This document shows, one piece after another, positions 9,758 to 18,238 of a stretch of 64,000 nucleotides of DNA. This DNA is from a virus. Positions within the stretch are counted from its first letter, which is position 1. Each line of letters begins with the position of its first letter. The position numbers and the translations under genes were made by a program. The stretch is from positions 32,001-96,000 of the IMG/VR virus record IMGVR_UViG_3300036760_000306; one strand, given 5' to 3'. The notes under the pieces were generated by a model, which saw only the letters and a list, made by a program, of their open reading frames with translations, made no database searches and was not told where the DNA came from.

Positions 9758-10131
9758 ACCGGCACCTGTCGCGTCGAGGTCAAGCAGCAACGGCTGCTAA
9801 CGTATCGAAAGCTCTCGTAGCGGTTCAGTCGTTGCAGGATCTTTCATCCGTTGTCGAACGTCTCAACCTTTTTCTCTCCGAAGCCGACAAGCTCGAAGTG
9901 CGGCTCGCAGAAGCACAGTCCGCAGTACAGGCGGCTCAAGCCGAGAACGTATTGCTTCGTGATGCGTTGGAGAAGCAGCGCCAAACATTCTTGCGCATGT
10001 TTGCTCAAGGCATGGGCATCTCGCTGAAGGATGTTCTTTCGATGGAACAGGCCATACAGGAACAGAACACCGATGCCAACACGCCTTCTGAACCAAGTGC
10101 AACGCCCCGAGAAACGGATTCAGGCACCTGA
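9754..10131 (+). CDS. Coiled-coil hypothetical protein
   Basis: ATGA overlap, heptad-like sequence. Confidence 0.65.
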   Translation: MNRHLSRRGQAATAANVSKALVAVQSLQDLSSVVERLNLFLSEADKLEVRLAEAQSAVQAAQAENVLLRDALEKQRQTFLRMFAQGMGISLKDVLSMEQAIQEQNTDANTPSEPSATPRETDSGT

Positions 10132-10315
10132 GCGCAGCGCAGACTGGAAACAGCTTCTCACCAAAGCGATTCAGCAAGCTGAAGCATCTGGGGACCGGAG
10201 ACTTGAGGGGTTAAAACGCGCCCTGGTGGACGGTCAAGCCGAACGCCATTTGCGTCGTTTGGGGATCATTCATGACGTGGATCTGAGTCGTGAATTCCCC
10301 GTTCAAACCCCGTAA
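10073..10315 (+). CDS. Hypothetical protein
   Basis: ORF track, likely ATG at 10073. Confidence 0.5.
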   Translation: MPTRLLNQVQRPEKRIQAPERSADWKQLLTKAIQQAEASGDRRLEGLKRALVDGQAERHLRRLGIIHDVDLSREFPVQTP

Positions 10316-10332
10316 CCTAATGTTTTCGGTAG

Positions 10333-10372
10333 TTTACGGAAGCTGATCTGCCTCCGGATCAGCTTCCGTAAA
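10333..10372. repeat. Perfect 16-bp inverted repeat within a larger imperfect palindrome
   Basis: TTTACGGAAGCTGATC-N8-GATCAGCTTCCGTAAA. Confidence 0.9.
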
Positions 10373-10479
10373 AACGACATTAGGTCAGGGGTTCTTGTGT
10401 TGAATTTGATGTAATGTCGGTTGCAGCCCCTAACCTAAAGAGTTAGGTTGGGTTAGTTAGTCAAAAAAACGGCTCGGAG

Positions 10480-11397
10480 GTGACTACCGAAGCCCTTGGG
10501 GCAAGCGCCCCAACATCGGATGGAGACAGATATATGTTGAACGAATTAAACAAACTTCGTGTGAAGGTAGCCACTGACCTGGCCACGTCTGCGAAGAAAA
10601 AACAGGCGGCTGAGGCAGCGTTCCTGAAAGCGAAAGCGGACTACGATAGGGCTTTCGCTGAACACGCCACGGTGATCGAGGTCAGCGAGAAGTTGCAACA
10701 GAGCTTCCCCGTTTCGGTCATCGCGAAGGCAAAGGGCAAGCCGGGTCCGAAGGCCAAGGCGGCTACGGCTCCGAAGGTGAAGGGTAAGCCGGGTCCGAAG
10801 CCCAAGGTGAAGGCCGCTGCGGCTCCGAAGGCGAAGGGTAAGCCTGGGCCGAAGCCCAAGGCAGTTGCGGCTCCGAAGGCTCCGAAGGCGAAGGGCAAGC
10901 CTGGGCCGAAGCCCAAGGTGAAGGCAGCGACCGATGCAGGTCCGAAGAAGTTGACCATGGTCGAGCGTCTCGTTTCTGTGATTGGCAGCAATGTCCTGTC
11001 CATCGACGAGATCGTTCAGGGTGTCATCGCAGCGGGCAACCCCCCGACCAGCAAGGACCTGAAGGGGTATACCAGCCAAGTCCTGAGTTCTGCGATCGTC
11101 AAGGACACCGAAGACAAGGTCTTCATGCCGGTGAGTCGTGGCAAGTATTGCGTGGTTGCCAACTACAAGGGTCCGAAGGCAGCGGCGGCTAAGGCTCCGA
11201 AGGCCCCGAAGGCGGCTAAGGCTCCGAAGGCGGCTAAGGCTCCGAAGGCAGCGGCCCCTGTTGCTGTGAAGGCAGCGGCCCCTGTTGCTGTGAAGGCCCC
11301 GGCTCCCGAAGATCAGAGCCCTGCGGATAAGCTCCTTGCGGACCTTGCTGCGATGGGTGTGGAGCCGGAGCCGTTTGCTCCGGCCCCGTTATCCTGA
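10480..11397 (+). CDS. Histone H1-like basic DNA-binding protein (KGKPGPKPK repeats, winged helix, AKAPK repeats)
   Basis: Four KGKPGPK repeats, K/A/P-rich tails, central globular domain paralogous to 63187-63948. Confidence 0.75.
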   Translation: MTTEALGASAPTSDGDRYMLNELNKLRVKVATDLATSAKKKQAAEAAFLKAKADYDRAFAEHATVIEVSEKLQQSFPVSVIAKAKGKPGPKAKAATAPKVKGKPGPKPKVKAAAAPKAKGKPGPKPKAVAAPKAPKAKGKPGPKPKVKAATDAGPKKLTMVERLVSVIGSNVLSIDEIVQGVIAAGNPPTSKDLKGYTSQVLSSAIVKDTEDKVFMPVSRGKYCVVANYKGPKAAAAKAPKAPKAAKAPKAAKAPKAAAPVAVKAAAPVAVKAPAPEDQSPADKLLADLAAMGVEPEPFAPAPLS

Positions 11398-11413
11398 AGA
11401 AGTAAGCGCAGTA

Positions 11414-11469
11414 AAAGACGGCAGAACGCGACACGGACCCTCCTGAAGCCATCGCGTTCTGCCGTCTTT
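11414..11469 (+). terminator. Long stem-loop, probable terminator
   Basis: 18-bp perfect inverted repeat AAAGACGGCAGAACGCGA...TCGCGTTCTGCCGTCTTT just after the stop. Confidence 0.7.
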
Positions 11470-11509
11470 CGTTAAAGACCCTACGAGCCGCCTGGTGTAG
11501 AGCCAAGCA

Positions 11510-12016
11510 ATGGACGTAGGTGATCTACTTGAGGGGTGTGGCAAGTTTTGGTTGGTCCGCAGGACTGAGCCGCACCTATGGGTCCTTGAGGCCCAGGGTA
11601 ACCACGGCTACGTCCAGCCTGTGTGTCCGCCCTGGGATCAGTTTACACGACTGTGTAACCCGTCACAGGATTGGCCTGCCGTTACGTTGCCCCAGGTGCG
11701 GCACGGGATTCTGGCAACTGTCACCCGGGCCGACTTTTCCGACCCTCAACTTCTGGGCCACCTGAAAGATTGGGTCCGGATGGGTGTGTTTCAGATTGGA
11801 GGAGCGCTGTACTTGAACCCAGCGTTGGGGCTCGGTTTCCGAGACCGCCTGATCGTGACCTACCAGGATGGGGGCACCGCTTCTGTGGACATCCCCAGGG
11901 ACTTCCAACCCCTCAAGGTAAAGACGGCTCGTTTGACCCCGCAGCCTGCCCCAAAACCGAAAACGCCCCCGGTATCGTTGTTCGGCCGCTTATTGGCAGA
12001 TGGCGACGACGAATGA
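11510..12016 (+). CDS. Hypothetical protein with C-terminal SLFGRLL-acidic tail
   Basis: GGTGTA 10 nt upstream; ends PPVSLFGRLLADGDDE. Confidence 0.75.
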   Translation: MDVGDLLEGCGKFWLVRRTEPHLWVLEAQGNHGYVQPVCPPWDQFTRLCNPSQDWPAVTLPQVRHGILATVTRADFSDPQLLGHLKDWVRMGVFQIGGALYLNPALGLGFRDRLIVTYQDGGTASVDIPRDFQPLKVKTARLTPQPAPKPKTPPVSLFGRLLADGDDE

Positions 12017-12624
12017 AACGGCACCTCCCCATCATGGTCGAGCGAGCAATCGCTGAGGTAAAGGCGCTCCAAACCGAAGTGGGGTCTGGGTTCGAGGGCC
12101 AGGTAAGACAAGAACGAGCTGTCTCTTGCAAAGTCGGTTGCTCGAACTGCTGTCACCACCCGTTCCTGGTCACTCTCCCCGAGGGCTTGTTGCTGTACCG
12201 TTGGCTCTCAACCCACGGTCGTTGGACCCCTTCTTTACGTAAGCGTATCGAAGAGACTCGCGACAAGACTCTAGGGTTGGCGTTCCGCGTGTGGTTGCTG
12301 AGCAATATCCCGTGCCCGCTTTTGGAGGACCACAAGTGCTTGGCATACGAAGCTCGCCCATTGCACTGCCGGACGACATTCTCAAGGGGTGATCCAGAGA
12401 TGTGCCACCCACATGAACTCGGGTCCAGTGCGGGTATTATCCCCAACACCGAGGTCATCATAAGTTACAACAACCAACTGCTGGCTCTGCTCAAGCGCCT
12501 GGGCCTTCAAGGCTCTCTCATGCCTCTCGCTGAGGCCGTTTTGATTGGCGAGGCCGTCGATTCGGGTAAAATCGAAATCGAAGAATCCGCCCTTCAGCAT
12601 GCAAAGGATCTGTTCGGTGCCTAA
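12013..12624 (+). CDS. YkgJ-family CxxGCxxCC Fe-S/zinc cluster protein
   Basis: CKVGCSNCC, CPLL...C..YEARPLHCR. Confidence 0.85.
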   Translation: MKRHLPIMVERAIAEVKALQTEVGSGFEGQVRQERAVSCKVGCSNCCHHPFLVTLPEGLLLYRWLSTHGRWTPSLRKRIEETRDKTLGLAFRVWLLSNIPCPLLEDHKCLAYEARPLHCRTTFSRGDPEMCHPHELGSSAGIIPNTEVIISYNNQLLALLKRLGLQGSLMPLAEAVLIGEAVDSGKIEIEESALQHAKDLFGA

Positions 12625-12907
12625 TACTTGTTGCGTATGCGAGAACCCTTTTACAGAGGGCAAGTCCTTCACGCTGACTCCCGAAGAAAGGGAAGCCATT
12701 GGTCCCGACGCCCCTCAAGAGATCCACTATTGCAAGCATTGCCTTAGGGTGATGGAGGACAAGGAATCTGGTGCCCAGTTGCTCAAGGGGCTCTACGAGA
12801 TGCAGTTGGCGGCCCGTGGTGTACCTAATGCCAAAGCGATCTCGGAACGCTTTCACACTGAACTGCTTGCCAAGGCAAAACAGGGCACGCTAAGGAAGAT
12901 GCACTGA
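12617..12907 (+). CDS. Zinc-finger hypothetical protein
   Basis: CCVC...CKHC. Confidence 0.6.
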   Translation: MPNTCCVCENPFTEGKSFTLTPEEREAIGPDAPQEIHYCKHCLRVMEDKESGAQLLKGLYEMQLAARGVPNAKAISERFHTELLAKAKQGTLRKMH

Positions 12908-12908
12908 A

Positions 12909-13595
12909 ATGGAAACCATCACAGTCGAACACCACTTGAAAGCCTTTCGCGAGCTAAACGGTGAAGAAGCGTGGCGCAGTGAAGTCCATCGCTTGGCTCT
13001 GGCGGGGATCTGCACGGGCCCCAAGCACGAAGCCTTCTGGCAGGAGTTCACCAAGGACTTCGAGTGGCTCGATTGGGCGGCCTTGAAGCAGCAGGCGGTG
13101 GGCCAGACATCACCCCGGAGTCCTGGATCAGGTCCAATGCGACCTGATCAGATGATGGCGGAGATGCTTCGCAAGCAGATGCCGGGGATCAAGACGCAGG
13201 CTCAGTACGATGCGGTGGTAGGCTCGCTTGATGCCGTGCGACTCGTGGTCAACGCCATCCTGGAGGGCGGTGGATCCAAAGAGGCAGAAGCTCGCCAGGC
13301 CCTGGAGATGACCTTCACGGTTCTGGCGAAAGCCACCGAGGTCACCAACAAACTTGAAGATAGTCCTGAAGCGGCCAGTAGCCCTGCGGCCGAGAAGTTC
13401 AAGGCCCCGCCTGCCCAGTTCCAGGAGCAAGAAGTGTACTCCAAGCTCATGGGTGAGCTTGAGACGCTCGGGACGCTGGACGCCCTGAACTTCTGGTACG
13501 GGCAGACCAAGCCGGAACGTGATCGTGTGGTGACCCAGAGCCTCCGGAACTCCCTCATGGACTCGATCCGGGCGAAACGCAACGGTCTTGTGTGA
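12909..13595 (+). CDS. Hypothetical helical protein
   Basis: Operon packing, 228 aa. Confidence 0.7.
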   Translation: METITVEHHLKAFRELNGEEAWRSEVHRLALAGICTGPKHEAFWQEFTKDFEWLDWAALKQQAVGQTSPRSPGSGPMRPDQMMAEMLRKQMPGIKTQAQYDAVVGSLDAVRLVVNAILEGGGSKEAEARQALEMTFTVLAKATEVTNKLEDSPEAASSPAAEKFKAPPAQFQEQEVYSKLMGELETLGTLDALNFWYGQTKPERDRVVTQSLRNSLMDSIRAKRNGLV

Positions 13596-13966
13596 AGGTT
13601 CTGGTCTTCGGATCCCGTGAGTGGCACTGGGATGGGGTGATTTTTCGGGTGCTTTCCAGGCTCCCCCCAGATACCATCTTGGTGAACGGGTACGCTCCTG
13701 GGGCGGACAAGATCGCGGACTCAATGGGCCGCAAGCTTGGGTTCGAGGTCCGGCCCTACCCGGCTGACTGGGACAAGTTGGGGCCAGCGGCGGGCCCGAT
13801 CCGAAACGCTGCGATGCTCACCGGGGAGCATCCGGACCCGCAGGGCATCAAGATCGACAAGGGGTTCGGGTTCTCAACGGGCCGCCAAAACAAAGGCACT
13901 CACGACATGGCTGAGAAGCTATGGGATGCTGGGATCAGGTTTGAGATTTTGTTTCCGCCAGGTTAG
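13592..13966 (+). CDS. SLOG family protein (YspA/DUF2493-like)
   Basis: VLVFGSR, GYAPGAD, YPADW, AGPIRN, GT.DM. Confidence 0.85.
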   Translation: MKVLVFGSREWHWDGVIFRVLSRLPPDTILVNGYAPGADKIADSMGRKLGFEVRPYPADWDKLGPAAGPIRNAAMLTGEHPDPQGIKIDKGFGFSTGRQNKGTHDMAEKLWDAGIRFEILFPPG

Positions 13967-13972
13967 TCTTGG

Positions 13973-14239
13973 GTGATGATGGGGCAAGTGATGGTGAGGA
14001 AAACCCTACTTGAGGTTCCTGGTTCGATGCTTGACGCGGCCATGTTGCCTTATGTGAAGAAGTGGTCCGAGCCGCCAAAGGCTCTTGAGGTTTTAGAGGT
14101 GCTGGACCACTGCATCAATGGGGCATTAGCGTCTGGGTTGGTGATCCAGCTCTTGCAGCAAGAGTACGACGACGCTTTGAAGCGGGAAGATCTTTTACAC
14201 GGGCAACTGGTGCCTTTGGCTACGTGGAGAGACGCCTAG
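13973..14239 (+). CDS. Hypothetical protein
   Basis: ORF track. Confidence 0.55.
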   Translation: MMMGQVMVRKTLLEVPGSMLDAAMLPYVKKWSEPPKALEVLEVLDHCINGALASGLVIQLLQQEYDDALKREDLLHGQLVPLATWRDA

Positions 14240-14249
14240 GCAACTACGG

Positions 14250-14630
14250 ATGACCTTCCACATTCGACATAGCGATACCCGCTTTCATACGACTATGTGT
14301 GGGATCCCGTTGTCCTTTCGTGGCCCCATTCTTGGGCAGGATCCCAACTGTGTGTCTTGCGAACTTGCCGGGAAGGCTTGGGATCGGAAGATGGCTCAAG
14401 CGTACGTTGAGTATTGGCGGAAGTACCCAAGAACTAGAATTCACCGTTGGGCGGATCATTGGGCACACTTTGGGGACGGTGATTACGAGGTCTTAGACTG
14501 GTTCCCTATCGGGGTGGCTACGGCGGGTCTTGGCATTCCGGTGGTGATGGCTATGAAACGAGTGGCGCGTGTAGTGCTACGCTTTCAAAAACCCATTAAG
14601 CGCCCGCCTTTCATTCCGCCGGATGCGTAA
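14250..14630 (+). CDS. Hypothetical protein
   Basis: ORF track. Confidence 0.5.
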   Translation: MTFHIRHSDTRFHTTMCGIPLSFRGPILGQDPNCVSCELAGKAWDRKMAQAYVEYWRKYPRTRIHRWADHWAHFGDGDYEVLDWFPIGVATAGLGIPVVMAMKRVARVVLRFQKPIKRPPFIPPDA

Positions 14631-14879
14631 ATCGTCGGGCCTCCGGTACCTACGATCCGCTGACTCATCCGTTTCGAGATTCTGTTTCCGCCTGGACCTT
14701 TGAACAGAAGCCTTTGAGCCCTGGGGTTAGCTCGCCCCGATCGAGCATGTGATCGGTCTCAATGCGCTCCTCCGAAGTACGACCTTCGTCCCTGCAAGGG
14801 TAGCATCGCCCTGTGCCCAGATGGTGATCAAGGGTCGCATGCGTGCATAGGCAGGTTTGCTGAAGGGTTGCTACACCAC

Positions 14880-15167
14880 TTAGGGCCGACGGTACGTGGG
14901 CGGGTTCTCTCGCATGAAGCGGTCTACGATCCGCTGACTCATCCGGTCCGCGATGGTAGTCTCGATGTGCCGCTCTCGGGCCTTCTCGCTCGTGAAGGCC
15001 AGGTGCCACAAGGGTTTGTCACCCTTCTTGGCGAACACGATGGCGTACGGTCGGCCCCCAGCCTCGTACTCCCACACCAGCAGGTCGGAGCCTGGGGGCG
15101 TATAGGGCTTCATGCCTCGGGTCTTGGGCGGCAGGTAACTCCGGTCGTAGCTGTGCCTTGTGCTCAC
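14880..15167 (-). CDS. Hypothetical protein with RIVDRF tag, possibly truncated
   Basis: GTG start STRHSYDRS; MSQRIVDRF near the end. Confidence 0.55.
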   Translation of the reverse strand: MSTRHSYDRSYLPPKTRGMKPYTPPGSDLLVWEYEAGGRPYAIVFAKKGDKPLWHLAFTSEKARERHIETTIADRMSQRIVDRFMRENPPTYRRP

Positions 15168-15387
15168 GCTTTCACTGTTCACAAGGTTAGAACCGATACA
15201 CTTCGGAACTTCCTTTTCTGGCACACGCACTACTGCGTCTCTTGACCGTATTGACAACGACTTGGGGTACACACTAAACAACGTTCAATGGGTATCCAAA
15301 AGCATCAACCTTATGCGTCGGACCCTAACGATACCGGAGTTCAGGGTTTGGTGTAAGAAGGTGGCAGAATGGCAATCACGTATTTAA
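15160..15387 (+). pseudogene. HNH-type homing endonuclease C-terminal remnant
   Basis: SLDRIDNDLGY..NNVQWV...N. Confidence 0.6.
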
Positions 15388-15896
15388 ATGGAGACGCTAC
15401 GAAACCCACCCTCAGCAAAGGGGAAACAGGGCTGCTGGTACACATATGCAACAATGTCGGTGGATTCGGGAAAGGCTTCGTGCTCGCTATCTCGAAACGT
15501 TGGCCGTACCCCGAGCGGGAGTACCGGCGTTGGCACCGAGAGGGCTCCGACTTGCTGGCCGGGAAGTTCCAGCTCGGGGCCATTCAGGTTGTTCCGGTGC
15601 AGGGTGATCCGCCACTCTCTGTGGTCAACATGATCGCCCAAGAGGGTTACGGGAAGGGCAACCGGAACCGGCATCGTAGTAGTGAACCGGACTCCCGACC
15701 CCCGATCAGGTACGATGCCTTGGAGCAGTGCTTGACTGAGGTCGGGTACTTGGTCAAGAGTGGTCCGGCTCAAGGTGCTTCCGTGCATATGCCTCGCATC
15801 GGCTGTGGGCTCGCGGGCGCGACTTGGGGCGAGGTGGAGCCCATCATTGAGCGAACCCTGAGCCACGTTCAGGTGTTCGTGTACGATCTGCTATGA
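15369..15896 (+). CDS. Macrodomain protein (ADP-ribose binding or hydrolase)
   Basis: GDAT, HICNNVGGFGKGF, MPRIGCGLAG. Confidence 0.9.
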   Translation: MAITYLNGDATKPTLSKGETGLLVHICNNVGGFGKGFVLAISKRWPYPEREYRRWHREGSDLLAGKFQLGAIQVVPVQGDPPLSVVNMIAQEGYGKGNRNRHRSSEPDSRPPIRYDALEQCLTEVGYLVKSGPAQGASVHMPRIGCGLAGATWGEVEPIIERTLSHVQVFVYDLL

Positions 15897-16090
15897 TGCT
15901 GCCTGACATTGACTGCCCCCGGTGCCACCACGCTATGACTCAGCATTACGTGGGTGAAGGCTGGGGACCGCCAGAGTATAAGTGCTGGGAACGCGAACAT
16001 CCCTACGAAAACGGTCGCTGCGGGTGCCGCTACCAACCACCGGATCACTTGCTCAAGGACTAACTCTTTTGTGTTACCTGTGAGTAAGCC

Positions 16091-16603
16091 ATGTACACGT
16101 ACCGCCGGACAGCAGCCGCACGTTCACCCCAACCGGAGTTGACCGCGTTGCTTGAGAAAGCGATCGAGGTTCACTCTCAGCAGCAGAGGTGGATCGATCG
16201 CTTTCCCGCCATCCTGCGTGAGTCGAGGAAAGAATCGCTAGACCTTCCTGAAGGTCTGGTTTGGCAAGACCTCTTTGTGCCCTACTGGCGGGAACTATAC
16301 GCCTGGGAAAACGAGCTGTCGGAACTCTCGTACCAGGCTGAGGGCTTGGAGTACCCCAAGGGTTCTGCCAACTCAGCTTTGCGGCGGACGATTGAGAACG
16401 CCCTTAGCAGGCATTCTACCCCCGATAAGGCCAAGACTGAGTACGCTACCGCCAAGATACACTTCGAGTTCTCTACGAAGTTGAACCGGAAGGACCACAT
16501 CGCGTACGAGGTCCAGCGTTTGGAAACTTGGGCCATGGCCTTTGAGGCGTGGACTCACGAAGCCAAGCGCACTCTCGTGGCTTCTATGAAGTTCACCCGC
16601 TAG
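16091..16603 (+). CDS. Hypothetical protein
   Basis: Starts MYTYRRTA. Confidence 0.65.
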   Translation: MYTYRRTAAARSPQPELTALLEKAIEVHSQQQRWIDRFPAILRESRKESLDLPEGLVWQDLFVPYWRELYAWENELSELSYQAEGLEYPKGSANSALRRTIENALSRHSTPDKAKTEYATAKIHFEFSTKLNRKDHIAYEVQRLETWAMAFEAWTHEAKRTLVASMKFTR

Positions 16604-16629
16604 GCCTTTCGGTGGTGTAGTCTGCCCTC

Positions 16630-17580
16630 ATGGCACTACCCCTCGAAAAACTCCAAGCGGTCCAGACCATCATCTCGCATGCCAACTGTGCTGACGGTAC
16701 GGCGGCGGCGATGTTCCTGCACGACGTTCTGCCCGCCGCTAAGGTCATCTTTTTGCAGTACGGGACCGAGGCGTACCGGAATCTCAAGGCTGAGCCCGGG
16801 ATGCTTTTCTGCGACTTCTCGCCCCACCCCGAAACGTACCAGCAGTTCATTGACGCGGGGGCCCTCATCCTTGACCACCACAAGACAGCACGAGGTGTGG
16901 TGGAGGCGTTCGGTGAGAACGGTGTGTTTGGGGATGAGGAAACTGAGCCAGGTGTAGCAGGAGCTACTCTCGCCTATCGTCACGTCTGGAGCCCACTACG
17001 TGGGCAGTGCACGCAAGCCTCGTTTGCAAACGACTTTGCCCGTTTGGCGGGCATTCGTGACACATGGCAGAATCAGAGCCCTGAATGGTTGGCGGCGTGC
17101 GCACAGGGGGAGCTGCTTCGTTTCATGGGCACAGAACGGCTTCTCAGCGTACCATTCATGAAGCTCTCTGAGTCTTGGGACCGTGACTTTAAATGGATCG
17201 GCGAAGTCCTGTTGGAACAGAACGTTCGGTCGGTGAGGGCAGTGATCAAGGGGGCTGTCCGATTCACCAGTGATAAAGGCACCCGAGTCGTGATGTTCGA
17301 TTCTACCAAACTCTCAAGTGACGCCGCAGAAGCGCTTGGAAGCGAAGCTGATCTCGTGATCGGCTTCGGGTACGTCCAGGATGACGTTACAACCCAGCCC
17401 AAGATGATCGTGTCTACACGCTCACACACGATCTTCGATTGTGCCGCGTTCGCCCTGCGGTTTGGCGGGGGCGGCCACACCAAAGCAGCGGGCTTTAGTG
17501 TGGCCATCTATCAGAGTTCCATGAACCCTTACGAGATCGTTCGAGGTCTGCTGGAAAGCTATGAACTAGGTGGTCTATGA
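16630..17580 (+). CDS. DHH/DHHA1 family phosphoesterase (nanoRNase-like)
   Basis: H.NCADG, DFS, LDHH, GGGGH..AAG. Confidence 0.9.
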   Translation: MALPLEKLQAVQTIISHANCADGTAAAMFLHDVLPAAKVIFLQYGTEAYRNLKAEPGMLFCDFSPHPETYQQFIDAGALILDHHKTARGVVEAFGENGVFGDEETEPGVAGATLAYRHVWSPLRGQCTQASFANDFARLAGIRDTWQNQSPEWLAACAQGELLRFMGTERLLSVPFMKLSESWDRDFKWIGEVLLEQNVRSVRAVIKGAVRFTSDKGTRVVMFDSTKLSSDAAEALGSEADLVIGFGYVQDDVTTQPKMIVSTRSHTIFDCAAFALRFGGGGHTKAAGFSVAIYQSSMNPYEIVRGLLESYELGGL

Positions 17581-17761
17581 ACCACCATATCGTGTAGTGT
17601 GTTTGGTGCTGAAAGAACTCAAAAACCGGATCGGTAGGTAGGGACTCAGGATCCCTACTTCGAGTTGCTGTTGGAGCAGTTTAAAGCGTCAGTTCAACCA
17701 GGTTGATAATCCATGTGTGCCGTGGGCTTAACGAAGCGCTCTGAGCGCCGTATGCCTAAAG

Positions 17762-18238
17762 ATGAAGCAGGATTCCCAGCCCGCTGATCCAGCAGCTTCA
17801 CCCCCTGTCGTGCCGTTCTTGCCGTTGTTTTCCTACGGTACGCTGCGCCACCCCGAGGTTCAACTGCACCTGTTCGGCCGGACTGTGAAGTCGGAAGATG
17901 CCGTACTTCACGGTTATCGGGTGGTTGCGGGACCCGATGGCTACTTCTTCATTGAACAGGACGAGACCACAGAGACTGCCGGAGAACTTCTGTTCTTGAC
18001 TCAGGAGCAGGTCTATCGCGCCGATCAATGGGAGGAAGTTCCTCTCTATGTGCGAAGCAGGGTCACGGTCCAGCTCAGCAACGGGGACTCCGTGAGCGCC
18101 TGGGCCTACTTTCGGCCAGAGATGACCGGTATGCTGCAACAGCGTGTGGCTCACCGCTTCCTGATCGCCTCGTTCAAGCCGGGCGACTACATCTTGTTCG
18201 GGAAATTCCGGAACAAGCGGGCTCGCGTGATCATATGA
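17762..18238 (+). CDS. Gamma-glutamylcyclotransferase (AIG2-like) with an unrelated tagged C-terminal fragment
   Basis: FSYGTL, D.WE...Y.R, AWAY; then MLQQRVAHRFLIA from 18131. Confidence 0.75.
   Translation: MKQDSQPADPAASPPVVPFLPLFSYGTLRHPEVQLHLFGRTVKSEDAVLHGYRVVAGPDGYFFIEQDETTETAGELLFLTQEQVYRADQWEEVPLYVRSRVTVQLSNGDSVSAWAYFRPEMTGMLQQRVAHRFLIASFKPGDYILFGKFRNKRARVII

Noticed and set aside
18028-18234. N-terminal extensions of track ORFs (18028, 11671, 29091, 42032, 50067, 57959)
   Set aside because: They overlap other genes or regulatory sites; better downstream starts exist.
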